From Podarcis liolepis (taxonomy: Eukaryota): DNA of 64,000 nt. The DNA lies in NCBI GenBank assembly GCA_965112155.1, contig OZ218110.1; one strand, written 5' to 3'. Under the pieces are notes generated by a model. It saw only the letters and a program-made list of their open reading frames with translations, was not told where the DNA came from and ran no database searches. The translations under genes were made by a program, and so were the position numbers. This document shows, piece after piece, positions 49,179-61,904 of this stretch (the stretch's first letter is position 1; every line of letters begins with the position of its first letter).

Positions 49179-50159
49179 TCATGCCTTGCAAAAGATGTTC
49201 AGTTTCTTCCAAACTCGTCTTAGAGCTTTGTGAACTTCTTGGTTTCTCAAGCTGTAGATGAGAGGATTGACCAAAGGATTCAAGATGGTATAGAAAATGG
49301 AGAAGACTTTATTCAGACCTCTTAGAGTTGGGGAGTCTGGCAACATGTAGACAATGATTAAAGTGCCATAAAATATGCAAACCACAATTAGATGAGAGGA
49401 GCAGGTGGAGAAGGCCTTTTTCCTTCCAGTGGTGGATGGGATCTTTAGGATGGTGGCAATGATGCAAACATAGGATGTGAGAGTCAATAAGAATGGGGCA
49501 ACATTAAAATTGAAATTAAAGAAAAGGGCGGTGATTTCAACCATGCTTGTGTCACTGCAGGACAGTTTTACAATCGGGATGAAGTCACAAAAGTAATGAT
49601 CTATGACATTGGGACCACAGAAGGATAGCTGAGCCATCATGATGATCACAATGAAGTTAGCCAGCAAAGAATTAATCCATGTTGCAGCCATTAGGTGAAC
49701 ACAGAACCTTCTACGCATAATGGTGCTGTAGTGTAAAGGTCTACATATAGCCAGATAGCGGTCATAGGACATTGCTGCCAGGAGATAGGTTTCTATACCA
49801 GCACACAAACCAAAGAAATAAAATTGGGCTATGCACCCACGAACAGAAATGGTTCTCTTTCCAGTTATCAAATTGGCCAACATTTTGGGTAAGATAATCA
49901 AGCTGTAGCAAGTCTCCATGCCAGATAAATTTCCCAGGAAGAAGTACATGGGAGTGTGAAGTTGCTGATCAGCCACAATGAGCAAAACAATCAGGAGGTT
50001 CCCAGTTAGTGACATAATAAAAACAATCAGGAAGAGGGCAAAAAGAAGAGGCTGCAGTTCAGGGAGATTCCCAAATCCCAAGAGAATGAATTCTATTGTG
50101 GCTGTCTGGTTTTCTTCTTCTCTATCCAACATGGGTCTTGTGTCAAACAAATGAGACAT
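49179..50159 (-). CDS. Olfactory receptor OR9 (OR11A-like)
   Basis: Full OR motifs; ATG at 50159 or 50132; acceptor tattttatAG ending at 50163. Confidence 0.96.
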   Translation of the reverse strand: MSHLFDTRPMLDREEENQTATIEFILLGFGNLPELQPLLFALFLIVFIMSLTGNLLIVLLIVADQQLHTPMYFFLGNLSGMETCYSLIILPKMLANLITGKRTISVRGCIAQFYFFGLCAGIETYLLAAMSYDRYLAICRPLHYSTIMRRRFCVHLMAATWINSLLANFIVIIMMAQLSFCGPNVIDHYFCDFIPIVKLSCSDTSMVEITALFFNFNFNVAPFLLTLTSYVCIIATILKIPSTTGRKKAFSTCSSHLIVVCIFYGTLIIVYMLPDSPTLRGLNKVFSIFYTILNPLVNPLIYSLRNQEVHKALRRVWKKLNIFCKA

Positions 50160-51394
50160 CAACTATAAAATATAATCTGAAATACAGACATTTTAATGTA
50201 GGGGAACCATGAATTATATTTTGTGCATGCAATTTTCTTGTAAACGCAACAGGGATGTCAGTCAAATCCATCAAAAGTGAACAATGAAATGGATTTATTT
50301 CAGTCTGTTTGATCCCTAGCATGGCACAGATGGTTGCTAGAAATGGTTTTTTTTCTATTTTTCTCCAGCATAAAGTTGTTTGGTTGGTTTGACATGAGCC
50401 CATTACCCCCAAATAGATATGTACATTATTTTGAAATTTTTGTTATTTACATATCCTTTGATGTATAATAACTGCTTTCCCAAATTCACAACAGAGGCCA
50501 TGCTGCCGCTCTCGCATCTTCTCCTAGGGTGGGTTCATTGCTTATGTGCTGGCAGAGGCAAGCAATGGGATTGGCTAGCATTAGCAATGCTAGAGTGAAC
50601 TAGGAAATGTTGTGTCTGTTCAGTTACCCCCACCCCAAGCTAATCACAATGATTCTAGGCAGTGTTCCTCCTCTACCTCAGAGAGTCTGTTGTGGAAAGA
50701 AACACCCATCCACCTTGCAGGATGTGCAGAGGGAGAGCTGTGAGCCACAGAGATAAAGAGTTCTGAACTTTGTGTGCAGCAGCTAGCAGGAGGCAGAAGC
50801 AGATAGTGGACTTGAAGCAATTGCATTGTAGTTAGGAGTTGACGGAATGGAAGGGGGAAGAGTTTGTGCAGGTGGGAGGACACCACCCCATTTTGCCTTA
50901 ATGACTAGCATCCATGGCCAGTCCTTCTTGACACCCTCCTTTACCCTTTCTTTCTGATTCAAATGTGTGCTTAAACCCTGATGATGCTTTTTGCTTCTAG
51001 ACTGCTACATCGTTGCCCAAAATAAAATGTGACCTTTAGAATGAAAAAGTTTCCCTACTCCTGGTCTAGATCAAATCCAATATAACAAAAGCATCATGAA
51101 TGCAACCAAAAGATATACATTTAGTTTTTATTATGAGTCTACATTATTCAAGCTCTCAATAGGACATGAAATATTTTGCCAAAAATGAGCTCCACTTTTC
51201 TAAATTAGGAGGAGGAGAGACGATTGGACTGAGATATGAAAACATGTTAGTAGAGTGCCTTCACCTCAGAGCTAGACTCCATATCTGCTACTGAGGTTCA
51301 TTCAAATATCCTTGAATTAATGAACTGATGTGTCCCAAAGACATACAAGAGTTTTAAAAATGGCATCACTCTGCAGAGCATAGCAGTGTTCGAT

Positions 51395-51715
51395 AACTTG
51401 CCAGAGTGGTGCATACTCTAGTTATCTCTAGACTGGTGACAGGGAGTGGCCGCCGAGACCATTTAACACCGGTCCTGAAAAATCTTCATTGGCTCCCAGT
51501 ACGTTTCCTAGCACAATTCAAAGTGTTGGTGCTGACCTTTAAAGCCCTAAACGGCCTTGGTCCAGTATATCTGAAGGAGCGTCTCCACCCCCATCGTTCT
51601 ACCCGGACACTGAGGTCCAGCACCAAGGGCCTTCTGGCAGTTCCCTCACTGCGAGAAGCCAAGTTACAGGGAACCAGGCCAAGGGCCTTCTCCCTAGCAG
51701 ATGTCAAGGCAATAA
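51395..51715 (+). mobile_element. L2 LINE fragment
   Basis: RRDHLTPVLKNLHWLPVRFLAQFKVLVLTFKALNGLGP is the typical L2 ORF2 C-terminus. Confidence 0.9.
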
Positions 51716-51937
51716 ACATATTTTGTCAAAAAAATAATCTCAACCTCTTTCATTGGGATAAAAAGGGAGGAGAGCAACACAGTAAACTACATTAGCTTGA
51801 GAGCATAGACTGCCCTTTTTTTTTTTTTTTACTGACAGTCAATTTAAAAATCATTGAATTAATGAGTTTGTTTGCCTTAAAGTCAAAGGGGGCATTGAAA
51901 GATGGTACAATGCTGCCAAGAATAGCAGTGTTCTAGA

Positions 51938-52270
51938 ACTTACCTGTAGTAAGTCACTGTCACAATCACAGATGTCCCAGGATTCATTAGCACCATTTCT
52001 CAAATCCTTTATAAAGAAACTGACATATTATCACCTATGGTGAATGCGTGTTCATAAAATAGCTTCTCATAAGCACTTAAAGGAAGTGATCCTGGGAGAG
52101 TGGCTTTTAATTTGCTGGCTTTCTGAACTATATGAATGATGCAACCAGCCTCCTAAACCCAAGAGAGATACCAAGGTTTTTTACCGTTCCATGGGATTTC
52201 TACATTGCCCAAAGCCTAGTACTTCTGAGGGCTAGGTTTTAAATCTCCAGGTAATTAATTCTGGGAGTTC
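51938..52270 (-). promoter_or_regulatory. Putative promoter and non-coding first exon of OR9
   Basis: CAG|GTAAGT at 51938-51943; atgatgcaaccagcctcctaaacccaagagag block; aactcccagaattaatta on the minus strand at ~52252-52269. Confidence 0.55.
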
Positions 52271-54520
52271 AAAATGTCTGATTTATACAGAGATTATAAT
52301 GTACGAACTGGGGAGAATATTGCAAAAAGGATCCCTCAGAGATGGGTGTGTCTCCAGCTTAATATAGAGGCCCCAATTGGAGCACAGTGCTCCTTGAGGA
52401 GAAGCATCTCACACTGGAGTTTACACCACTAGACCCGCAACCAACTACTGCCACTGCCACTTCCACTTGTACCTTTTGTCTCCCTTCCAGAAATGGGGGG
52501 AAATGTATTTTGGGGGAAAGTATAGCAAGTGGCAAATGGAATATATTTTTCCTATTAAACTGTGTAAATGGGCCACACAATAGCATTTCACCTCCAACCC
52601 TAAACAAGATTTGACTGGATAGCCAAATACATAAAATGGTTTTAGTTAGAAATATTCATGTATGGGATCTTAATATTTATACTGAGCGGAATATGTTTTT
52701 GGCATTATTATTGTTTCTTACCTAGGCATAGATAGACCCCCTGAACTCTGGTCCATCCCTGTTTTCAGAGGGGATGGGACTAAGAAAAATATATCTGCCA
52801 CCAGTGTTTACATGGGGCAGCCATGTTTTCGCCACACAATTCCCCCTGAGAGTGACATAATGTCGTCAAATCTCATCGCTCTCAGGGTGATCTATGAGTA
52901 AGTGTGTGACAGCAAGGACCACCATGTGATGGCTGCCCAGATAGATCTGTGGACAGATAGATATTCTTATTTAAAAGTGTTAAAGGGGAGAGGGATTAAG
53001 GATGAAGGCAGTGAGAAAACCACTGAGCCACCTGGTAAAGTCATCCACTATTCCACAGATTCTGAATGACCTATTGATCTGTTCCATATTGTGATCCATC
53101 CTGTTTGGATCAACTGTGTCTCCTTTGAATTTGAGAAAGGTTGATTCCTCCTCCATCCCTCTTCTTATCTGCTCCTACCTATTAGAATTATTATAATGTT
53201 TTTGGAGGGGTTGTTTTAAAGCTCAGATAAATGTTTTAAAATGTATTGTCATGTAGTTTGGGAAGAAAGTCAACACATTGGGAAGAAACTGGGAAAGAAA
53301 GCCACGCAATGTACATTATGAGAGCATACAGTGTAGGAAAGTGGTGGGGAACTTCATGTCTAGGAGCCAAATGTGTCCCTCCAAGTTTCTCTGTTTGGAT
53401 CTTGGGACTCCCCAAATACCACACCACCTCATTGGCCACACACATCTCTTTCCAGGCCACCTTCCTCCCACTGACCCTGCTTAGAAACCTCAGTGAGTGT
53501 TTTCAGATGACTGGAATGTGTCCTTGAGCTCTGATAATCCCGTTTGTTTTCATGGATGAAGCGAAAAGAGGTCTGTGTCTGTCAGGATGCTGTCATCCTG
53601 GTTGCCCAGGAAAGTATAAAGACAAGGAAAAGTTTCTTACAGTCCTTTTTTATTAAAAAAAATTCTACAGAGAGAGGCTATAGAACCCAGACTCTGGGAT
53701 AATGCCATTGTTCCGAGTGAATCTCCACACACACCCCGTCTCTCCCACTTCCTCATTTGTCGTCATTATCTCCTCCTTTACAGGTGTCGCTAAGTGCCCT
53801 CAGTCTTTGACCTCTTTGCTTTCCTACTTTTAAGGCTTGCCATGTTCTGGAAGATGGTGGGTCTAGAATTTTTTCTAATGACAACATGTCGGTCAGCTAT
53901 TATTTCTCAACTTTCCCATCTACCTTTGAGCTGTAACCTCCTGCAAACCCCTGTTGTAACTCTATACTGTCTTCCTCTTCCAGTGTGTAGAAATAAACCT
54001 ACTGAGGAAAGTAAAAATTTATATTGATTGCTTGGCCCATTTTTTACTACTGCCCTTCCCCAGAATGAACTCTGCTCAGAAGGAAAGAGGCCATCAGTCT
54101 GAAAATGTTCCCCACTCCTGACATAAAGAAAACATGCAATTGCATTAGTTGTAATAAACTAAGAAACATTTCTTAAGGACATAGATTTTTATTTTTATTT
54201 TTAAAAAAAATCCAAAATTATTTTTCTGAGCAGTCCCAACAGACAGTCAAGATGCAGAAGTAAGCAGCTTTATTGACCAAAGTGCTTCAGAGATTTTAGT
54301 GGGAGAATCTATTTTACCACATGAATTATCTTTATTATTTATACCACCCATGATGGACTGGTATGGAAATGCTTAATAAATATTTTACATCATAATCCCC
54401 CCACACCAACTAAGTGAGCCTTATTGCTGAAACTACTCCAGAGATCTGCATCTAAGCAGAGAAGTATGTGGGGAATATTAACAATAAATAAACGGTGCTG
54501 TGAAATTTGCAGCCCATCTT

Positions 54521-55483
54521 CTAAATTCCTGTATGAATTGCAAATTTCATAGAACCCTTTTTAAGGGCCTCCTTGACATCATTATTTCTTAAGCTATATA
54601 CGATGGGGTTGAGAAGGGGAGTCAATATGGTGTACAGGAGAGAGAAAACTTTGTTCAAGTCTCTCAGGATGCTTGTCTTGGGTACAATGTAGACTATAAT
54701 CAGCGTCCCATAGAAAACTGTCACCATTATCAGGTGAGAGGAGCAAGTAGAGAAAGCCTTCTGCCTGCTGGAACGCGAAGAGATCTTCAGGATGGAGGTG
54801 ATGATGCAAACATAGGATGCCAGGGTCAACAGGAAAGGAGGAAAGGCACACAGTGATGACAATATTAAAATTGAGGTGTCTATTGTATGTGTATTACTGC
54901 ATGACAAGTCAATGACTGGGCCAATATCACAAAAGAAGTGGTCAATCTCATTAGGGCCACAAAAGACTAACTGGGACATGAGAGATGTGGTTATGGTGGC
55001 AGCTAAGCCCCCACTCACCCAGGAACCAGCAGCCAGTTGAAGACACAATCTGTCTGTCATTTGGATAGCATAATGCAATGGCTTGCATATGGCTAAGTAA
55101 CGATCAAAGGACATTGCGGCTAGGAGAAAGCACTCTGTAGTAACAAGTATGCCAAAAATGTAAAACTGTGTAACACAAGCAGTGAATGAAATGGACCTGT
55201 CCCCTGTAAAGAGACTATAGAGCATCCTGGGCATGATGGTGGAGCTGTAGAAGGTCTCCAAGCAAGACAAGTTCCCTAGGAAGTAATACATGGGTGTGTG
55301 AAGGTGCTGGGCAGACACAACAAGAAAAACGATGATGAGGTTCCCAGAGATGGTCACAATGTAAATCGCCAAAAACAGCAACAGGAGAACAGTTTGCAGA
55401 TTCTGACCACCCTCAAACCCCAGGAGAATAAATTCTGTGATCATGGTTTGATTTGCCCCATTTTGCACTTGCCAGGAGATCAT
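54521..55483 (-). CDS. Olfactory receptor OR10 (OR11A-like)
   Basis: Full OR motifs. ATG 55483 lies after a strong polypyrimidine/AG acceptor at 55502-55503; the longer ORF start is intronic. Confidence 0.95.
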   Translation of the reverse strand: MISWQVQNGANQTMITEFILLGFEGGQNLQTVLLLLFLAIYIVTISGNLIIVFLVVSAQHLHTPMYYFLGNLSCLETFYSSTIMPRMLYSLFTGDRSISFTACVTQFYIFGILVTTECFLLAAMSFDRYLAICKPLHYAIQMTDRLCLQLAAGSWVSGGLAATITTSLMSQLVFCGPNEIDHFFCDIGPVIDLSCSNTHTIDTSILILSSLCAFPPFLLTLASYVCIITSILKISSRSSRQKAFSTCSSHLIMVTVFYGTLIIVYIVPKTSILRDLNKVFSLLYTILTPLLNPIVYSLRNNDVKEALKKGSMKFAIHTGI

Positions 55484-55750
55484 GTAGATAAGATTTGCAC
55501 ACTGGAAAACAAAAAAAGAAAGGAGAAAAAGGGTCGAACTAAACTGAAAGCATATTTGAAAGAAGCTAGAAAATGTATAGGTGTGGCTCTCACAAGGTGT
55601 GGCTCTCACTGGATATTTTTAGCCACACACTTGGCAGCAGCTGCTGCTGCTCTTGCTGCTTCTTCTCCTCTCTCTCTCTGTCTCTCTCTGTTGTTCCTCT
55701 CCTAGCAGAGGAGGGTGGGGTTTTGGGGGGGTAGTAAGAGGGGCACATAA

Positions 55751-56107
55751 GGGACGCGGGTGGCACTGTAGGTTAAACCACAGAGCCTAGGACTTGCTGA
55801 TCAGAAGGTTGACGGTTCGATTCCCTGCGACGGGGTGAGCTCCAGTTGCTCGGTCCCAGCTCCTGCCAACCTAGCAGTTCGAAAGCACGTCAAAGTGCAA
55901 GTAGATAAATAGGTACCACTCCAGCGGGGAGGTAAACGGCGTTTCCATGCACTGCTCTGGTTCGCCAGAAGCGGCTTAGTCATGCCGGCCACATGACCCG
56001 GAAGCTGTACGCTGGCTCCCTCGGCCAGCAAAGCGCGATGAGCGCTACAACCCCAGAGTTGGTCACGACTGGACCTAATGGTCAGGGGTCCCTTTACCTT
56101 TACCTTT
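55751..56107 (+). mobile_element. Full-length Sauria SINE
   Basis: tRNA-like head with ggttcgattcc B box, BovB-like 3' end, (ACCTTT)n tail, TSD aggggcacata (55739-55749, 56111-56121). Confidence 0.93.
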
Positions 56108-57237
56108 AATAGGGGCACATATCATCCAGCACCACAGGATTACTCAAGACTTTGAGATTGTATTGCAGGGCAGATCTCAGTGGTTTTATTAAATTCTGAA
56201 GCTGAATTGATTTTGCACAGCAATATCAAAATATCAAAAAGCAACATCAATAAGCAATATCAGAAATATCCAGTGGTGATAAAATGTGGACCTTGTCTTT
56301 TCCCATTCTGTAAATATGTGAGAAAGGTTGCCTTACCTTTAAACGTGTCTACTGTAGAATGAGCAGTGTTGTGAATTCTCTCAGCAGCAATATCAGCGCC
56401 TGAAGGTTCAAAACATCCTTTGACATCTTTAACTCCAGTACATGTCTTCAGGCTGATACTAACAAGAATGCAGGGAATCAATCTGAACACTTCTAGATCA
56501 TGATGTCCCAAAGGCATCGCTCTTATTTGCCATTGATCCTAAAGGGGTGCTTAGCACTCCTCTTTGGGTTATTTACTCCTTTTATCCTGGAGGAATGTGT
56601 AATCTCCCTTGACATTTGTTCACATCAAGAATGTCACCTACTTTAAACTGCCAGAAAATTAATTCTACTTTGAGCATGCAGTAAAATTTAAGGTCAGGCA
56701 GAGCCATCAAAATAATATTGTTTTCCTTTTGTTTTGCTACTGTGATTAACTGTACAGAAAGAAACTCGTTGAAGTTCATGGGGCATGAACTAGTCAAGCC
56801 AAAACACTTTCAACTTCCATTTGCTTCCAGAGGGAAAGCTAGGCACTTGCTAGCATTGCTCCCATTGAAAAAGAAAGAGGCTGGGAACTATTTAACTTGG
56901 ACTACTTTGTCTATATATTAGTAATAGGCAGTCCTGGACTACACACACTGAGGGAATGATTCAGTCCCACAGAAGCACTGTTACAAGGTATGCATCTGAA
57001 CCCATATGTGTGTCCACCACTTACATGTGTTCTATGCATATTCCTGAGAGGATTCAAAACTTTTCCCATAGTCAATATGTGCATGTGTTATGAATGTATC
57101 TCTACTGTTAACCCATATACCTAATAAAAATGTTCACAAACAAGAGCATTAAAGAAGAATCGGTTTATGACATGAAAGACAGAGTATACAGATGCTCTTT
57201 CGGACAGCAAGGTTACAGGTGGACAGCGGTATATATA

Positions 57238-57479
57238 CAGTGGTACCTCGGGTTACAGACACTTCAGGTTACAGACGCTTCAGGTTACAGACTCCACTAA
57301 CCCAGAAATAGTACCTTGAATTAAAAACTTTGCTTCAGGATGAGAACACAAATCGCACGGTGGCAGCGTAGAGGCAGCGGGAGGCCCCATTAGCTAAAGT
57401 GGTACCTCGGGTTAAGAACGGTTTCATGTTGAGAACAGACCTCCAGAAAGAATTAAGTCCTTAACCCGAGGTACCACTG
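57238..57479. mobile_element. Tc1/mariner (Tigger-like) MITE
   Basis: TIR cagtggtacctcgggtta/taacccgaggtaccactg with TA flanks. Confidence 0.88.
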
Positions 57480-58594
57480 TACCTTAGATTTGAAGGGCAA
57501 AAGAGATTCTCTAATTACCCAAGCTTGAGCTGTGAACACAACCATTTGCCATAGTCACATACTAATCAGAAAGAGAAAAGGAATTAATATACCTGATCTA
57601 GCTGTAAGTAGATCATTGAGTCAGGGATAGAAGATGTGTGCCTTTTGTTTGAAAATTAAGATTTGCCCTTAAAATCTTATATCACCATGACTACAGTGTG
57701 TGTCACTCATTCCTTGGTCCATATTCTACCAAAGCTAAAAAGTTCAACCTTGAGATCAGAGAGTGAAAAGGGAGTTCTAGTGGAGCTCTGAGCTTCCCAA
57801 CGATTGAAAATCTGGGGCATGAACACTATTTTGAACCCGTGTAAATCTCAGAAAAGGAGGTGGAGCTTCCTGGTTGAGTTAATATTGTAGTATCGTCATT
57901 CCTTGGAATCATTGCTTCTTTCTTGCAAGTTCCTGTCTGTTTACCACTTTGTTTACTCTGGTTGAAGTTGAAGGGACATGGTCCTAGTTAGAAATGACTA
58001 ATTGGTTATCTGTGTTTTTCTTGAATAATGAATTTATTAATATAAGACAATTTCATCATCTAGGCAGAATTCTATTCCTTTTTACATGAAGTGATGATTA
58101 AACTTGGTTGGAAAGTAACACAGGATCAGGGTGCTGACCTTTAATTTAATATTAAGAGTTCCAGATATTTGCTTGTACTTTCCGGGATATGTATAAAGCA
58201 AGGTCTGTTACCAGGGTCAAAGACAGCCCATTAAAGGGCATATTTCATATTCAGGTAATGCCAACTGCACTGATGCCCTGCTCCTCAGTTATAATCCAGA
58301 TTCACCCAGCATTACAGCACTATTAAGGATCATGACACAGGACAGGTGCAATCCTGCTTCTACCTCTTCCCCATCCCCGCTTCTGTGCCTAACAGTAAGT
58401 TGGGAGAGGGGAATTTAAAGAGGTTTTCAGATAATGTTTTTGGCATGCGGCCAAAGTGCGAAGAGAAAGTGGACACGCCCCCCCCCCGAGCTGAAAGACC
58501 CACCCTAACATCTGCTCCAAAAACAGGTTCCTAGAGCTCAGTAGGCATAAGCTCACCACCCTGCTTCGATTAGTGGTATTAGTACTACTACACC

Positions 58595-58964
58595 TGCTTT
58601 TGAATTCTGGTGCTGGAGGAGACTCTTGAGAGTCCCATGGACTGCAAGAAGATCAAACCTATCCATTCTGAAAGAAATCAGCCCTGAGTGCTCACTGGAA
58701 GGACAGATCCTGAAACTGAGGCTCCAATACTTTGCCCACCTCATGAGAAGGGAAGACTCCCTGGGAAAGACCCTGGTGTTGGGAAAGATGGAGGGCACAA
58801 GGAGAAGGGGACGACAGAGGACGAGATGGTTGGACAGTGTTCTCGAAGCTACGAACATGAGTTTGACCAAACTGCGGGAGGCAGTGGAAGGCAGGAGTGC
58901 CTGGCGTGCTCTGGTCCAGGGGGTCACGAAAAGTAGGACACTACTAAATGACTAAACAACAAGA
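58595..58964 (+). mobile_element. RTE-BovB LINE 3' fragment
   Basis: RVPWTARRSNLSILKEISPECSLEGQILKLRLQYFAHLMRR; (CAA) tail; 11-bp TSD actactacacc. Confidence 0.95.
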
Positions 58965-59297
58965 ACTACTACACCACATCATACTCATTTCTGATTTGCA
59001 TGAACTCATTTGTTTATTGTGGCAGCCCCTGCACTTTAGAACTCCCTGTCTGTTGAGATCAAGCAGGTGCTTTCTGTGTACTCCTTTCAGTACCTGTTAA
59101 AAACATTCTTATTTAGACAAGCCTACCCAGATGCTTAGAAAATTGAGGTCATTTGAATCTGTTTTAGTATTTTTATTTTTGTGTGTTTAAGGTTGCAAAT
59201 TTTTCTCAAGTTTATTGTTTGATTATTTTTGGAATCTGCTTTGAAGTTTTTAATAATCAAGTGGCATATACATTTTATGAAATAAAAAAATTAAAAG

Positions 59298-59561
59298 AAA
59301 TAATTGAGATACTTAATTGTGCAGGTCCCTGATATGCATATATAATAGCTCCTTTCAGATGTGGCACTGAATGCATGGGCATCATGTAATGAAATAATCA
59401 TAAATAAATCATAACCATAAATCATTACATCATAAATAATCATAAATCATTACATCATAAATAAATGTAATGAAATAATTGGGCTACTTAATTGTGCAGG
59501 TCCCCGATATGCATCCATAATAGCTCCTTTCAGGCATGGCGCTGAACACATGGACATCATG
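59298..59561. repeat. ~90-bp diverged direct duplication with a patchwork spacer
   Basis: 59298-59386 resembles 59473-59561; the spacer is built from cataaat/cattacat/taatgaaataat units. Confidence 0.8.
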
Positions 59562-60917
59562 GAGTCAGGGTTGGTAGGGATATTCCTGAGGGCCAATGGC
59601 CCAGCAGGCTGGGAATTTATCCTTGCCCTGGACACCCGTCCAAGCAACGCTATTGGTCAGTTGGTCTTGTGCTTAGGGGAACACCCTCTAATTCCTGCCA
59701 TCATTGGCCAATTTGGTGGCAGAAGGACGATCTAGCCTGCAATCTAGCCAGTTCACAGAGGAGACCCAGGGTACACTTGCAAAGCTGCCCATCCAAGAAG
59801 AGGGAAACGTACTTCCTGTTTCTCTCTCCACACATTCAGTGTATAGACGGAAAGGAAATGGTTTAAAATGAGTACAGACAGCAGGGGATCTCCCTTAAAT
59901 CAATGGTACTTGAGATTACAAAAAGCCAGTGCATGCAAGTGTTCTTTTTCACACTATGTCACTGATTGTGTCAGGTGTGTATGTCATGCATAATATAATC
60001 AATGTATTAGAAGGCAGGGTCAAACACAAAAGGGAATAGCTACTTGTATGAAGGGGAAGACTGAACTTGCTCCTCATATACAAATTTAAATAGTTGCAGA
60101 TACTCCAGTCTAACTGGAATGGAGGGAAAGATGATTGAGAGCTAAATGATTATTACATGTAAACAAGACATGATGCTCACATCAGAAGTAAAGGATTCTG
60201 GAAAGAAATTTGCTTACACCTATGGAGGATAGCAAACAGAAGTGTCTCCTCCACAAGGGCAGAGCTGCAATGCTAGATTCCTGGCAGCTGCATACTGGGA
60301 GGGATAGAGATGAGGTTGGCAGAGGTTTATTCAGTGCAGGTGCATGGGCAGAACAAACTCTCCGCCACTTCACCACATCCTCCTGTCCTTCCTTGTAGGT
60401 AGCAGCAACACCATTTTCAGGAAGCTAGCATTGCGGCTCCACCAGGTGAATCACTTCTGATAGCAAAAAAATGTGTTGGAAAAGGAATGATACTGTTTGC
60501 CTCACCAGCATATTCCATCTCAGGTTTGCAAAAAATAAAAATAAAGACACACACACCCTTCTTTATATGTGACTGTGGCAGGCATGAATATACTAGCACT
60601 TTAATTTGTCTCATACCCACATATGCACAACCCTTCACACTTTGATTATTATTTTTTGGCATAATTTCTATACACTTTCCTATTTATAAAATAATGGTTG
60701 CAACAAAAAGACAGGACCAATAATCAGCTAAGAACTACTATACACAAGTTGTCTATAAAGTCAAACCTACAACACTGGAAAAGCTATCTGCCATTACCAA
60801 GGAGGCAATCCAATGTGAATGCCTTTTGGGCATTACAACAGTATTAAGTAGGGTAATGTGTGTGTGATTTTTCCCCACGGAAAAAATAACATCCTCAACG
60901 AGGAGCAAAATCAACTT

Positions 60918-61904
60918 CTAGATAAACAAGCATATTAAACGATGGCCCTGCATTCTTTCCCAAATGCAACATTTAGTAAATGTTTTTCTGAAGGCTTCCT
61001 TGACCTCTCTATTTCTCAGGCTGTATATCAGCGGGTTGAAGAAAGGTGTCAGGACTGTATAGAAGAGAGAGAAGACTTTGTTGAGGTCTCGCAGTGCATC
61101 TGTTTTGGGCAACATGTAGACAATCATGATTGTTCCATAGAAAATGGACACCACAGTGAGGTGTGAGGAACAGGTCGAGAAGGCTTTCTGCCTCCCACTG
61201 GTGGAGGGGATTCTCACAATGGTAGATATGATATAGACATAAGATGTCAGGGTCAACAAGAAGGGAGGCAAGGAACATATCGCAGCCAGGAAGGTGGTTA
61301 AAAGTTCAATCACGTGTGTGTCGCTACATGAGAGCTTTAATATTGGATTGAAATCGCAAAAGAAGTGGCTGATTTCACTGTGGCCGCAGAACCTTAACTG
61401 GTGCATTAAATATATAGTCACGTTAATAGCCAATGAACCGCTGATCCAAGATGCAGCTATTAGCTGGAGGCAAACTCTGCCATTCATCAGTACCGTATAG
61501 AGCAGTGGCTTACAAATTGCCACATACCTATCGTAGGACATTGCTGCTAGGAGATAACATTCCGAGGCTGCCAAGAAGCCAAAGAAGTAATATTGGATCA
61601 TGCATCCAGTTACAGAAATGGTTCTTGGACCTCTCTCAGAGAGATTGGCCAGCATCATGGGAAGGATGTTGGAGCTGTAGCAGGTCTCCAGGCAGGACAG
61701 GTTTCCCAGGAAGAAGTACATGGGGGTGTGAAGGTGGCGATCAGCCACAACAAGCACAACAATGAGAATATTCCCAAGCATGGTCACAATGTAGATCACT
61801 AAGAAGAGCAGGAAGAGAGGAAACCGAAGATCTCCTAGATCTCCAAATCCCAGCAGAAGGAATTCAGTGAGGACTGTTTGATTTCTCAGTTCTGCTTTTG
61901 CCAT
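60918..61904 (-). CDS. Olfactory receptor OR11 (OR11A-like)
   Basis: Full OR motifs; acceptor ctttccAG 16 nt upstream of the ATG. Confidence 0.96.
   Translation of the reverse strand: MAKAELRNQTVLTEFLLLGFGDLGDLRFPLFLLFLVIYIVTMLGNILIVVLVVADRHLHTPMYFFLGNLSCLETCYSSNILPMMLANLSERGPRTISVTGCMIQYYFFGFLAASECYLLAAMSYDRYVAICKPLLYTVLMNGRVCLQLIAASWISGSLAINVTIYLMHQLRFCGHSEISHFFCDFNPILKLSCSDTHVIELLTTFLAAICSLPPFLLTLTSYVYIISTIVRIPSTSGRQKAFSTCSSHLTVVSIFYGTIMIVYMLPKTDALRDLNKVFSLFYTVLTPFFNPLIYSLRNREVKEAFRKTFTKCCIWERMQGHRLICLFI

Noticed and set aside
53580-54010. Possible further solo LTR starting TGTCAGG
   Set aside because: No matching terminus or TSD could be defined.
55502-55609. Phe-rich N-terminal extension of OR10
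   Set aside because: It is the translated polypyrimidine tract of the intron.
55751-55830. tRNA-like A/B boxes
   Set aside because: Part of the SINE head, not a tRNA gene.
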